From positions 67,256 through 131,255 of the forward strand of contig CAZYCE010000002.1 in NCBI GenBank assembly GCA_964645605.1: 64,000 nucleotides of DNA. The letters are read 5' to 3'. This document shows, in pieces, positions 27,904-37,514 of this stretch; the first letter of the stretch is position 1; each line of letters opens with the position of its first letter. A program made the position numbers and the translations under genes. Below the pieces are notes generated by a model. That model was not told the DNA's origin. It saw only the letters and a list, made by a program, of their open reading frames with translations, and ran no database searches. The DNA comes from an uncultured Gammaproteobacteria bacterium (GTDB lineage Bacteria > Patescibacteriota > Microgenomatia > UBA8517).

Positions 27904-29885
27904 TTAATTTCCTTGTCGGTTGTTAATTTGAATTCCTCCATGTGTTTGCCAAGATTTATTGTATATAAAAATCCGTCGGTTCCGGGCTGTTTTTGAATAA
28001 GCATTTTATACTGACCGGACACTTTGAACGGAAGTTTATATTTGAAAGTGACTTTCGAAACTCCCTCCGGCCTTAGCTGGAAGTATCCCGCAAATACGGT
28101 CTTGCCCAAGTCCTCATATGGATCGGCTGTTGCATCAAGTCCTTCGGAAGTAATAAGTTCGCTGCCTTTGGGAACGTAAACCCTAACCCATGTCGGAAGG
28201 ACCGAATTAAGCCAACCATCCTGCTTTTCAGGATTTTGGTATGTAATGGTTACGGTTTTTGTAACACTTCCGTCCCCGGCAATTTGAATATCTTGTTCAA
28301 CATTTTCATAGGCGTAAAGGTTGGACTTTCTCCCTCCAAGATTTGCATCGTTTACATGCAGGTAGTCCCCTTCATAAGTCTGATTTATGGTTCCGCCAAG
28401 ACCAAAATCGGCCACGGCTTTTTGAACTTCGTCATCCAAAAGATAGAAAAGTACATGCTTTTCCGATACGGATTTGAATCCTGCTTCCAAAAGACCCGGG
28501 ATTTTTTCTTTCGGCTGTCCCATGGCGTTGGCTAAAATCGAGTTCATTAAAGGTCCTATTATTTTCTTCCTATTATCCGAATTCGGAGGACTTTGAATAA
28601 TTTTTCCGGTTATCGGATCCCATATAACTGGACCTTCAACGTCTGCAAAAGATTCCAGTTCATAAATTACCTGAGGACAATTACATTTAGGCTCTATTGC
28701 CGTACTAAAATTTCCGTACCCGGGAACACCGATTGCACCGATCACATTCAGGATATTTACCAAAAGCTGTGTATCAACGGCTATTACACCGTCAATCTCA
28801 GAAATTCCTGCTTTCTGAGCTGCAGGAATCACCGTCTCCATACTGACGGCAAAGTCGGGAGACCAGTTCATATCCCTAAGTCTCCATTTCTGCGAAAGTA
28901 TGTAAGGACCTTTTATATAGCGAATGATAGGCGCAGGCGCCTGAATTACCGGCTTATAGGCAGCATCGAGTGAGTAAATGTCGTTGCTTGAAACTGCACT
29001 GACTTTCGCTTTATCAACTTTCAATAAAGCATAAGCCGTCATAAAACCGCCCGTGGGGCGAAGTTCCTTATCGTTTTGAAACATAACTAAATAGGTTCTC
29101 GGAGAATCAACCCCCAAAAGATATTGGACCGATTCCAAAAAAGGTTTCCCATTAACCAAAAATACCGATACCTTGCTTATCAAGTCTTCGGCATTTTTAA
29201 GCTGAGACCTGACGGCAATTCCTTTTATCGTTTCCGGATATCGGTCGGGATTTATCTGAGAGACTTCGTCTTGAACAATTTTAATCTTTGCAGATATCCC
29301 GTCTATTTGAGACGCAAGATCCGGAATTGTTTTAACAATAAAATCAATTCTATCCTGAGCAGTCTCTTCGCCGGTTGTAGCCGCCAGTACTGCCGTCCCG
29401 TTTGTGAAACCAAGTAAATCGGAATACGGCTCTATAACCGTAAGTACCAAATTGCCCGCATCAAGCCCGGCTTGTCCGGCCACAACTGCATGGCCTCCGT
29501 CGGCGATATAGGATCCCACAAAAGGAAGGAATTTTTCCCAAGATATTAATTTATAGTTGGAGGCTACTCCATCCAGAGATCTTTTGGTATTTGTAATTTC
29601 CGTTTTTATCTTTCCTAAATCTTGAGTTTTTGCAGCAGCCGAAAGCGCCTCAACGCTATCCACAAGCTTCAGACCTTTTTGATAAATCAAAAAACCGGAA
29701 ACAGCATTATAAAGTAGGAAGACCAGGATAAAACCAAGAACACCCAAAACTATCTTTACCCACGTCTTTTTGGGTTTAACCGGTAATTTTACAGTCTGTG
29801 GATTTTTTTCCTCCGGCATCGGGGATGGACCCGCAACTTTTTCGGTAACATCGATTTTTGGAACAAGAATAGAGGATTCCTCCAT
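27891..29885 (-). CDS. DUF4012-like membrane-anchored protein
   Basis: TM and helical stalk, then YLVMFQNDKELRPTGGF, LRDMNWSPDF, DGVIAVD, NLGGRKSN, RVYVP and QKQPG motifs. Confidence 0.8.
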   Translation of the reverse strand: MEESSILVPKIDVTEKVAGPSPMPEEKNPQTVKLPVKPKKTWVKIVLGVLGFILVFLLYNAVSGFLIYQKGLKLVDSVEALSAAAKTQDLGKIKTEITNTKRSLDGVASNYKLISWEKFLPFVGSYIADGGHAVVAGQAGLDAGNLVLTVIEPYSDLLGFTNGTAVLAATTGEETAQDRIDFIVKTIPDLASQIDGISAKIKIVQDEVSQINPDRYPETIKGIAVRSQLKNAEDLISKVSVFLVNGKPFLESVQYLLGVDSPRTYLVMFQNDKELRPTGGFMTAYALLKVDKAKVSAVSSNDIYSLDAAYKPVIQAPAPIIRYIKGPYILSQKWRLRDMNWSPDFAVSMETVIPAAQKAGISEIDGVIAVDTQLLVNILNVIGAIGVPGYGNFSTAIEPKCNCPQVIYELESFADVEGPVIWDPITGKIIQSPPNSDNRKKIIGPLMNSILANAMGQPKEKIPGLLEAGFKSVSEKHVLFYLLDDEVQKAVADFGLGGTINQTYEGDYLHVNDANLGGRKSNLYAYENVEQDIQIAGDGSVTKTVTITYQNPEKQDGWLNSVLPTWVRVYVPKGSELITSEGLDATADPYEDLGKTVFAGYFQLRPEGVSKVTFKYKLPFKVSGQYKMLIQKQPGTDGFLYTINLGKHMEEFKLTTDKEIKIEL

Positions 29886-29904
29886 GGGTTAATAATACTA
29901 TAAA

Positions 29905-30555
29905 TCAGACAGCTCCGACACCACTAATCATAGCAAATGGGGTTTTTATGAGAATAGTCAGATCCATCAATAAAGATTTTTTCTGAGCGTAATTTGCATC
30001 CATTTCGATTCTTTTATCAAAATTTATATTGCTTCTGCCGGATACCTGCCAATATCCTGTTATTCCCGGTTTGACGGTCTGTGTTTGAACAACAAACTTT
30101 TCAGTTCCGGGGTATCTTTTCTGCTGCTCCGTAAGTTCGTCTGCATGATAAGGACGGGGTCCCACCATACTCATATCTCCTTTGAGAACATTGAAAAATT
30201 GAGGAGTCTCGTCTATCGAATATTTGCGGATAAATTTGCCGAATTTTGTAACACGCGGGTCTTCGTGAAGTTTAAAACTTGATCTTTTATACTCGTTATA
30301 TAGTTTTTTAAATCTGGGGTCTTTAGTTAAAAGGTAATCTGCATTGACAGGCATTGAGCGGAATTTATAAAGCCTGAAAACTTTGCCCCCTTTTCCAATT
30401 CTTTTCATATGTTTATTGGTTTTTTCCACAAGAACCGGTCCCGGGGATGTAAATTTAATAATGATTGCCGTCAAAAGCATTATTGGAGAAAAAACAATGA
30501 TAAGTATTATTGCTAAAACAATATCGATCACTCTTTTTGTTATTTCGTATAGCAT
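29905..30555 (-). CDS. Polyprenyl-phosphate glycosylphosphotransferase (priming sugar transferase)
   Basis: KRVIDI, SPGP, YKFRSM, DPRVT, DETPQ..NVLKGDMSMVGPRP and KPGITGYWQV motifs. Confidence 0.95.
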   Translation of the reverse strand: MLYEITKRVIDIVLAIILIIVFSPIMLLTAIIIKFTSPGPVLVEKTNKHMKRIGKGGKVFRLYKFRSMPVNADYLLTKDPRFKKLYNEYKRSSFKLHEDPRVTKFGKFIRKYSIDETPQFFNVLKGDMSMVGPRPYHADELTEQQKRYPGTEKFVVQTQTVKPGITGYWQVSGRSNINFDKRIEMDANYAQKKSLLMDLTILIKTPFAMISGVGAV

Positions 30556-30559
30556 AATT

Positions 30560-31678
30560 TCAGAGAAGTTCTGATCTTGCACCTTCCTTCAGCTTCTCTA
30601 CTACCTTCTTTACGGCCTGTGCGTGGCTTTTGGAACAAACCAAAAGCGCGTCTTTCGTATCGACAATTACAACATTATCAAGCCCGACAACAGCAATCAT
30701 TCTTCCATCGGAATGAACCAAAGTGTCTGTCGTATCAAAGGTCATAACCTCTCCACCCGGTTCATCCCCCGATATAACAACATTGCTTTTATTGTCTTTT
30801 TTAGAATTCGCCCAAACCTCCCGCCAATCACCAATATCCGTCCAGAAAAAGTCCCCCGCAACCACCGCAAAGTTTTTCTCCTTTTCACTTATGGCATAAT
30901 CAACCGAAATCGACGGCATTTTTTGATACTCGGATACTAAAAATTCGGCTTCATCGGATTTACCGATATGTGGTTTTATTTCTTGAAGATTTTTATAAAT
31001 CTCGGGTTGGTGTTTTTTATAAGCATTCAAAAGATCATCTACCCTCCAGACGTATTGCCCTGCATTCCAAAGATATTTTCCCGAAGCTGTATACTTTTTG
31101 GCAAGTTCGATAGGTGGCTTTTCCTCAAACTTTTCAAGTTTATAAAAATCCACATTCCCGGCAACTTTTAACTTATCTCCTTTTTTGATATGTCCCAAAC
31201 CCGTGTGGGGATAGCGGGGTTCAACCCCCATTGCCACGAGTACGTGGTTTTCATAAGCCCACTTTGCAGCTGCCATTATAGTTTCCAAATATCTGGGAAT
31301 CGGCTTAACCAGTCTGTCTGCCGCTTCGGTCATAATAACGGCATCCGGATCTTTTGATTCAATAAAAAGCGCCCCGACTGCGTGGGCCGGGCCCGTCTCA
31401 CGCCTGGCCGGTTCCACAATAATATTTTCTTTGGGAAGAGCCGGAACCTCTCTGACTATCTCACGCTTATAATCTTCCGAGACGGTAATAATAAATATTT
31501 TCTCCATCGGAAGGACCTCAGCAAAGCGCTTAACAGCCACCTGGGTTAAAGTATCGTGATCAAAAAGTTTTAAAAATTGTTTCGGAGTTTTTTGTCTGGA
31601 TCTGGGCCAAAGTCTGGTTCCTCCCCCCCCTGCCAAAATTAATGCATAGAGATGATCTTTGTAATTGCCATTTTCCAT
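30560..31678 (-). CDS. manC: Mannose-1-phosphate guanylyltransferase
   Basis: ILAGGGGTRLWPRSR..PKQF, EPARRETGPA, FEEKP, WNAG, ISVDYAI and WTDIGDW motifs. Confidence 0.9.
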   Translation of the reverse strand: MENGNYKDHLYALILAGGGGTRLWPRSRQKTPKQFLKLFDHDTLTQVAVKRFAEVLPMEKIFIITVSEDYKREIVREVPALPKENIIVEPARRETGPAHAVGALFIESKDPDAVIMTEAADRLVKPIPRYLETIMAAAKWAYENHVLVAMGVEPRYPHTGLGHIKKGDKLKVAGNVDFYKLEKFEEKPPIELAKKYTASGKYLWNAGQYVWRVDDLLNAYKKHQPEIYKNLQEIKPHIGKSDEAEFLVSEYQKMPSISVDYAISEKEKNFAVVAGDFFWTDIGDWREVWANSKKDNKSNVVISGDEPGGEVMTFDTTDTLVHSDGRMIAVVGLDNVVIVDTKDALLVCSKSHAQAVKKVVEKLKEGARSELL

Positions 31679-31724
31679 TTTTTGCATTTTAGACAAAAAA
31701 TTAAAAACTTTCACTGGTTAATAA

Positions 31725-32810
31725 TTAGTGTATCACCTTTTTGGTTAAGTCAAGAAACTCTTTTTTAAACCGGGACTTCGAAAATCTGCGTGCATTATGA
31801 ACAATTACTTCTTTACGGAATTTCATTTTATTGAATTTCAATATGGCGGAACATAAACTTTTAACGTTTTGTCTATCAAAAAATATTCCGGTTTTTCCAT
31901 CTACCACAGTATCTTCCGCTCCACCTTTTCGGTAAGCAATTACGGGAACTCCGTAGCTTTGTGCCTCTACCGCAACGATACCGAAATCTTCCTCTTGGGG
32001 CATTATTAAAGCCTTAGCGCCTGAATAATAAGTCTTCAATTTTTCTTCACTGACTTTTCCCGCAAATTCGATATTTATGCCTGCAATCCTTTTTAATTTT
32101 TCTTCCTCCCTCCCTGTTCCAACAATAATTAACGGAAAACCAAGCTTATTAAAAGCCTTGATGGCCAGATCAACTTTTTTATAACCATAATCCAATCTTG
32201 AAACCAGAAGGAAATACTTCCCTTTTATAGGTTTGGGATTTGTAATTTGGAATTTTTCCATATTTACCGGCGGAAAAATTATTTCCGAATTGCGTTTGTA
32301 ATATTTTTTGATTCGTTTTTGAACCGCTTTCGAAATTGCAATCATTCTGTCCGGATTTTGGGCAGCTTTCCTATCCCAGATTCTCAACAGTTTAACCGCA
32401 GGCCAGCCGGTAATCTTCAGAGGTAGCCATTTAAAATATTCCTTATATCCGCTCCAAAGATAACGAGTTGGGGTAAGACAATAACAAACATGCTTTGTTT
32501 TTCCGAAGGTTTTAATTCCCTTGGCAGATTCGGAAGTAACGGAAATAACCAGATCGTACTTTGAAAAATCGAAACTTCTAAAAACGAACGGCATAAAAAT
32601 CGGTAAAAATTCGTGGTTGGATTTTGTAAAAGGCAACTTTTGCAAAAATGATGTAACAACTGCCGGAAATACTTTTGCCCAAGGGGCACCTTTCGGATCA
32701 TAAACCGATGTGTAAAGCGGGGCTTTAGGAAAAATTTCGTGAAGGGCAAGAAGAACACGTTCAGCTCCTCCCCATTTATTAACTCTGTCGTAGACTATTG
32801 CAACTTGCAT
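31725..32810 (-). CDS. GT4 glycosyltransferase (WbaZ-like mannosyltransferase)
   Basis: GGAERVL, YCLTPTRYLW and EEDFGIVAVEA motifs. Confidence 0.9.
   Translation of the reverse strand: MQVAIVYDRVNKWGGAERVLLALHEIFPKAPLYTSVYDPKGAPWAKVFPAVVTSFLQKLPFTKSNHEFLPIFMPFVFRSFDFSKYDLVISVTSESAKGIKTFGKTKHVCYCLTPTRYLWSGYKEYFKWLPLKITGWPAVKLLRIWDRKAAQNPDRMIAISKAVQKRIKKYYKRNSEIIFPPVNMEKFQITNPKPIKGKYFLLVSRLDYGYKKVDLAIKAFNKLGFPLIIVGTGREEEKLKRIAGINIEFAGKVSEEKLKTYYSGAKALIMPQEEDFGIVAVEAQSYGVPVIAYRKGGAEDTVVDGKTGIFFDRQNVKSLCSAILKFNKMKFRKEVIVHNARRFSKSRFKKEFLDLTKKVIH
32230..32257. repeat. 7-bp tandem array inside a GT4 gene
   Basis: ggtttgg-gatttgt-aatttgg-aattttt, encoding KFQITNPKP. Confidence 0.5.
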
Positions 32811-33900
32811 AAATTTTTAAAGTTTCTTCCGCCATTTTAGCCCAAGAATATTTATTTACAAACTTGGCGGAATTTTGAATTCTTATTTGGCGTTCGGACT
32901 TGTCCAGACTGAGCGCCGTCTCCATCGCTTTTTCTATAGAAAGAGGGTCTATCGGGTCAAAATATAGAGCGTTGTCTTCATATATTTCCTTAAAAACAGG
33001 AATATTTGATGCTAAAAGAAGCGTTCCCGAAGCCATTGCCTCAATCCCGGGAAGCCCGAAGCCCTCCGATAAGGAAGGAAATATAAATCCGACGGAATTT
33101 CTAAAAAGTGTCCCCAATTTGTTGTCGGGTACAAAACCAAGCATTCTGACAAAATTTTCGACCCCAGCCTCCGAAATTAATTTTTCAATTCTCTGAGTAA
33201 AAACATTCCTCGATGATGCAATTGCCAAAAAAACCTTCTGTTCACTTTTTGTGTTCAGTAATTTAATCGCTTTAATTAAATTACTTAGGTTTTTGTGAGG
33301 ATAGGCATTTCCTGTATAAACAAAATAAGGTTTAAGCATTTCAATTGAGGACTCGCTTGTCACTTTTCTATCAAAACCTTCATATGTTACCTTGATTTTA
33401 TCCGGATTAATCTTATATTTTCCCAGTATTTCTTGTCTGACAGTCATTGTGGGTACAATAACGGCAATTGATTTTCTTACGGCATTATCAAAGACCACTC
33501 TATATCCCAATCTTTTAATAAAATATAGAGGTGCCGGAAGAGTCGTTGCGGCAAGCCCCACGCTCTTGTGCATTAACATATCGTGTATCGTTACAACAAA
33601 TTTTCCACGGAAAAAATACGGTACATTGAAGTGGGGAAAATGGGTCAGATCCGGTTTCTCTTTATTAATTATTCTCGGAATTTTTAATTGCTCGGCAAAG
33701 CTGTAATGTCGAAAATCTGCCAGTACTTTTTTCCAATTTCCCGGAAGTGCCAACTCCTGAAAGTACCTTTTCCTTAGAAGAATTACATATTCATTTTTTG
33801 AATCGGTTTTCGAAAGTTCTCCGACAAGGTTAATTATGTATCTTCCAATCCCCGCGTTCTCGAGCCCGTAAAGCCGTGCATCTATTAATATTTTCATCAA
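32779..33900 (-). CDS. GT4 glycosyltransferase
   Basis: IDAR, GIGRY, VTIHD, PHKN and PSLSEGFGLPGIEAM motifs. Confidence 0.92.
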   Translation of the reverse strand: MMKILIDARLYGLENAGIGRYIINLVGELSKTDSKNEYVILLRKRYFQELALPGNWKKVLADFRHYSFAEQLKIPRIINKEKPDLTHFPHFNVPYFFRGKFVVTIHDMLMHKSVGLAATTLPAPLYFIKRLGYRVVFDNAVRKSIAVIVPTMTVRQEILGKYKINPDKIKVTYEGFDRKVTSESSIEMLKPYFVYTGNAYPHKNLSNLIKAIKLLNTKSEQKVFLAIASSRNVFTQRIEKLISEAGVENFVRMLGFVPDNKLGTLFRNSVGFIFPSLSEGFGLPGIEAMASGTLLLASNIPVFKEIYEDNALYFDPIDPLSIEKAMETALSLDKSERQIRIQNSAKFVNKYSWAKMAEETLKIYASCNSLRQS

Positions 33901-34778
33901 TATGAAGAAAGTACCGCAACCCTTATATATCGTAAAATAGTGAACATTTTTATTCCGAATATCACAAAATAATCAAAAATCCTCGGATAGTTATTCCAAA
34001 GATTTTTCCTGAAAAATCTTTCCATTGAGGCAACTCCCGCCAGACGTAGTTTCTTCCTTTGTTGAGGAGAGACTTTATATTTCCATTTTTCAACCTTGCC
34101 CTTGGTGACTCCTTTAAGATGGGTCACCGTAACCTCCGGATAATAAATAATCTTATATCCTGCTTTATGAATTTGGTAACAAAGATCTATATCTTCTCCG
34201 TCAAAAAAATATTTTTCATCAAACCAGCCAACTTTATCCAATATCTTCTTCCATGTTAAAAAGAATGCGCCCTGAATTACTTCTACCTCGTGAGTTTCCC
34301 GTTCGGGTACATCTTCGTACCAATAATTCTTATTGATCCCAAGTGCCAAGTGTTCAAATGCAATTTTGGGTGTGGGAAAACGCCGTCTGACATCTTTATC
34401 CATCTGTCCATTCGGTAAAACCAGCTTACAGGTTAGTGCCCCCACATCGGGATGCTCTTTTAAATATTGCACTGTTTTTGCAAAAACATCTTTATGAACT
34501 ACCGTATCGGGGTTTAAGAAAAGCACCATTTTACCTTCAACCAAACCTTTTGCCCTATTATTTCCCTTAGAAAAACCCTCGTTAGGCCCTTCCGTATATT
34601 TTACCCATGGAAACTTTTTTTTGACCATTTCAGGGCTCCCGTCGGTTGAGGAATTATCTGAAACAATCACCTCAAGGGGTACCTCGTCCATATATTTCTT
34701 AACCGAGTTAAGACAATCTTCCAAAAGTTCTTTTGTGTTGTAGTTAAGAATTATTACCGATAGTTCTGGTTTTTTCAT
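33897..34778 (-). CDS. GT2 glycosyltransferase (WbbL/rhamnosyltransferase-like)
   Basis: SVIILNYN, DNSSTDGS, GFSKGNN, FLNPD, GAF and EDIDLC motifs. Confidence 0.9.
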   Translation of the reverse strand: MKKPELSVIILNYNTKELLEDCLNSVKKYMDEVPLEVIVSDNSSTDGSPEMVKKKFPWVKYTEGPNEGFSKGNNRAKGLVEGKMVLFLNPDTVVHKDVFAKTVQYLKEHPDVGALTCKLVLPNGQMDKDVRRRFPTPKIAFEHLALGINKNYWYEDVPERETHEVEVIQGAFFLTWKKILDKVGWFDEKYFFDGEDIDLCYQIHKAGYKIIYYPEVTVTHLKGVTKGKVEKWKYKVSPQQRKKLRLAGVASMERFFRKNLWNNYPRIFDYFVIFGIKMFTILRYIRVAVLSSY

Positions 34779-35955
34779 AAAGACCCTCCAGATATTCTCC
34801 CATTTTATACCAGCTAAACTTTTCCTCAACAAGTTTTCTTGCGTTTACGGCAATGTTTTCGGCCAACTTATCGTCACTTAGCACTTTTAGGGTCGCTTCA
34901 GCGATTTCCTCGGGAGTGTTTTTAACAATAATATCTTTGCCGTCGGTTGCCGCAAGTCCTTCGGCTCCAACCGAAGTGGTCACAAGCGGAAGCCCCGCCG
35001 CCATTGCAGCTAAATGCTTCAACCGTGTTCCTCCCGGCCCTCTAAGAGGAGACACAAATACCGATGAGTTGTAATAAGCATTTCTTATACCTTCCTGATC
35101 GTCCTCCTTCAAATCGTCTATTATTATGTCGCCGGATCTGAAAGCCAATATTTCTTCAGGGATATGCTGTCCAACGACCCACATTTTGGCTTTTGGGTTT
35201 TTGGCATGGACTTTCGGAAAAACTTCCCTCAAAAGAAGTTCCGCTGCCTCAACATTTTGAAGCCATTTAAAATTGGCAATAAAGAGAATTCTGGGTGAAT
35301 CGGTTCCCCAGGAAGTTTTCTGCTTGAAAAATGAAAGGTTTACCCCGTTAGGGACAAGGTCTACTTTCAGATCATTCACGAGTTTATGCATTTCCTTTTT
35401 ATCAGATTCCGAAACGGCTACCACCCTGTCGGCCTTTTTCCAAAAGTTTGTTTCCCAGAACTTCAGTTTGGCAACATCAATTGCCAAAAGGGCGCGAAGC
35501 ATGGGATTTTTAGTCCCTTCCATATAATGTTTATAAACCAGATATTCGATGGTTTGCTCAACGAGGAGAATGGGAATTTTTGTCTCGGGAATATGAGGCA
35601 TTACATAAAACGTTTCTGCGTGTATTAGGTCATAATGCTCGCTTGCTACCTCTTCCTGTATGGCTTTTTTCTCTTGTGGGGAAAGGTTTCGTATGACCAA
35701 AAACGGGTACGGTCCAAATCCCGTCAGAAGTATGTTTCTCAAAGTCCATGGGGATTTAGATCTTTTGAACACTTTTACCTTATAACAATACTTTTGCAGC
35801 TCAGGAATGAACTTTCTTTCGGAATCGTCTTTGATAAGAGAGAAAAGAGTTATTTTATGCTTTTTGCTTAAGCCTTTTATCAAATTATAGGAACGAATCT
35901 GTCCTCCGGAAGAATCCGGAAAAGGCAGATAGGGAGTTAGCATCAATATCTTCAT
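34744..35955 (-). CDS. GT4 glycosyltransferase
   Basis: PYLPFPDSSGGQIR, VPNGV, GTRLK..AMAAG.P and VGAEGL motifs. Confidence 0.9.
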   Translation of the reverse strand: MKILMLTPYLPFPDSSGGQIRSYNLIKGLSKKHKITLFSLIKDDSERKFIPELQKYCYKVKVFKRSKSPWTLRNILLTGFGPYPFLVIRNLSPQEKKAIQEEVASEHYDLIHAETFYVMPHIPETKIPILLVEQTIEYLVYKHYMEGTKNPMLRALLAIDVAKLKFWETNFWKKADRVVAVSESDKKEMHKLVNDLKVDLVPNGVNLSFFKQKTSWGTDSPRILFIANFKWLQNVEAAELLLREVFPKVHAKNPKAKMWVVGQHIPEEILAFRSGDIIIDDLKEDDQEGIRNAYYNSSVFVSPLRGPGGTRLKHLAAMAAGLPLVTTSVGAEGLAATDGKDIIVKNTPEEIAEATLKVLSDDKLAENIAVNARKLVEEKFSWYKMGEYLEGLYEKTRTIGNNS

Positions 35956-36034
35956 CCCGTTAGAAATTCATACGCTATCGAGTGATCGTTTGAACTTTCC
36001 AAATTACTGTTTTTGATAATATTTTTAACGGGAT
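35954..36034. repeat. MITE-like element with 14-bp terminal inverted repeats
   Basis: atcccgttagaaat (35954-35967) and atttttaacgggat (36021-36034), 13/14 complementary; fills the intergenic gap. Confidence 0.65.
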
Positions 36035-36041
36035 TCATTCT

Positions 36042-37514
36042 TTAATGTACGATAGATTCCTTTAGGTCAATAATTATAAATTTATCTGTTTTTTCTATTG
36101 TTTTAAATCTTGACTCCACCATTTTTGTGTCGGCGCTTCCAAGGTCAACAGAAACATAATATGAGGCGCCTCGAGCAATTATGTTGTCTATTGAATCTTC
36201 CACCGCCGGCCAGCCCCATCTTTTTGTTTGATAAAGAAATGCCGTGTCGCCGTTATAGGGAGCCACAATTAATGCATCTTTTGGTGCAATTTTGTCTATT
36301 TCGGTACCGGCCTGAATGATTTCCGGGTGATTTACATTGTAATTTCCCACTATTTGATTCCAACCGGTGAAGAGCATAACTCCAATACTAATTGCAAGAA
36401 TTGTTCTGGACAAAATTTTATTAAAAATTTTGTTTTCCCATAGGTAGATGCTTCCGGAGGCAAGGGCCAGGGCTAATGCCGGAATAACCAAAATCTGGTA
36501 ATAATCATGCATTACATTGGCATCGGCAACCAGAACCACATAAAAAAGCGCACCTGCCAGAAATGCCTGAATAAACAAATTTTTAGACTTGGTATTTAAA
36601 ACCCCAAAAATAAACGGAATAAGCCCAAGTGAACCCAAAATAAGGTGTCCAAGTCTCTCCCCAAAAATCCAATACCACCATGACGGTTTGAACCTTATAT
36701 GGTTTCCATTAAACGCCCATTTATAAAAGGGGATTCCTTCAGGAAATTGTCCCTCCCACACGCGCCAAAGAAGAAATGGAATAAAAGAAATTGCCAGAAA
36801 AACCAAACTCCAAATTATGACTTTTTTGTTCTTATAAAAACTTTTGATTCCATACTTTTTGATAGCCAAATAGGCTATGGGAAACAAATAAAATCCCATA
36901 TAGGGTTTAATCAAAAGCGCCAAGGCCATAAAGGCGGCCGATATAAAGAAGTGAAGTTTCTTCGCGGATCCATAAAACTCCAAAAAGGCCCAGATTGAAA
37001 TTACGCCAAACATAGCCCCCATTGGGTCAGGCAAAATCGTGCGGGTAAAATAAATATTGAAAGGAATAAAAAGGTAAAAGAAGGCACTCAAAAGACCACC
37101 CCATTTATTCATGAGCTTCTTGCCTATTAGATAAATAAAGAATGCTGAAATTACTGCACAAGATATCGTAATAAGCCTGGCCCATACCTCAAGAGAGAAA
37201 TTGGTAAAAGTCTTGGCCAATATTGCATTGAGGGCATTGTAAAAAGGAAATTCGACCATTCTATAACCCTGTGGATTGGGGATTCCCGTCTGAATGCTTG
37301 AGACGTCATGATATCTGGGCAAAAGAAGGTTAATGCCCTGCTCCAGATACACCCTGCTAACGGAGGCTGTGTCTGCCTGACGCCAGGAATGCCAATCGGC
37401 TATCGGATTATTTATCTTATACAACCGGACCGTAAAGCCTAAAATAAGTATGACTGATAACAAAATATACTCAAAATGTTTACTCTTTATAAAACGTATA
37501 AGTTTAAGTTTCAT
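36042..37514 (-). CDS. GT-C fold membrane glycosyltransferase (ArnT/PMT-like)
   Basis: About 11-12 TMs; first-loop motif DWHSWRQADTA..R; EFPFY; YFTRTILPD. Confidence 0.8.
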   Translation of the reverse strand: MKLKLIRFIKSKHFEYILLSVILILGFTVRLYKINNPIADWHSWRQADTASVSRVYLEQGINLLLPRYHDVSSIQTGIPNPQGYRMVEFPFYNALNAILAKTFTNFSLEVWARLITISCAVISAFFIYLIGKKLMNKWGGLLSAFFYLFIPFNIYFTRTILPDPMGAMFGVISIWAFLEFYGSAKKLHFFISAAFMALALLIKPYMGFYLFPIAYLAIKKYGIKSFYKNKKVIIWSLVFLAISFIPFLLWRVWEGQFPEGIPFYKWAFNGNHIRFKPSWWYWIFGERLGHLILGSLGLIPFIFGVLNTKSKNLFIQAFLAGALFYVVLVADANVMHDYYQILVIPALALALASGSIYLWENKIFNKILSRTILAISIGVMLFTGWNQIVGNYNVNHPEIIQAGTEIDKIAPKDALIVAPYNGDTAFLYQTKRWGWPAVEDSIDNIIARGASYYVSVDLGSADTKMVESRFKTIEKTDKFIIIDLKESIVH

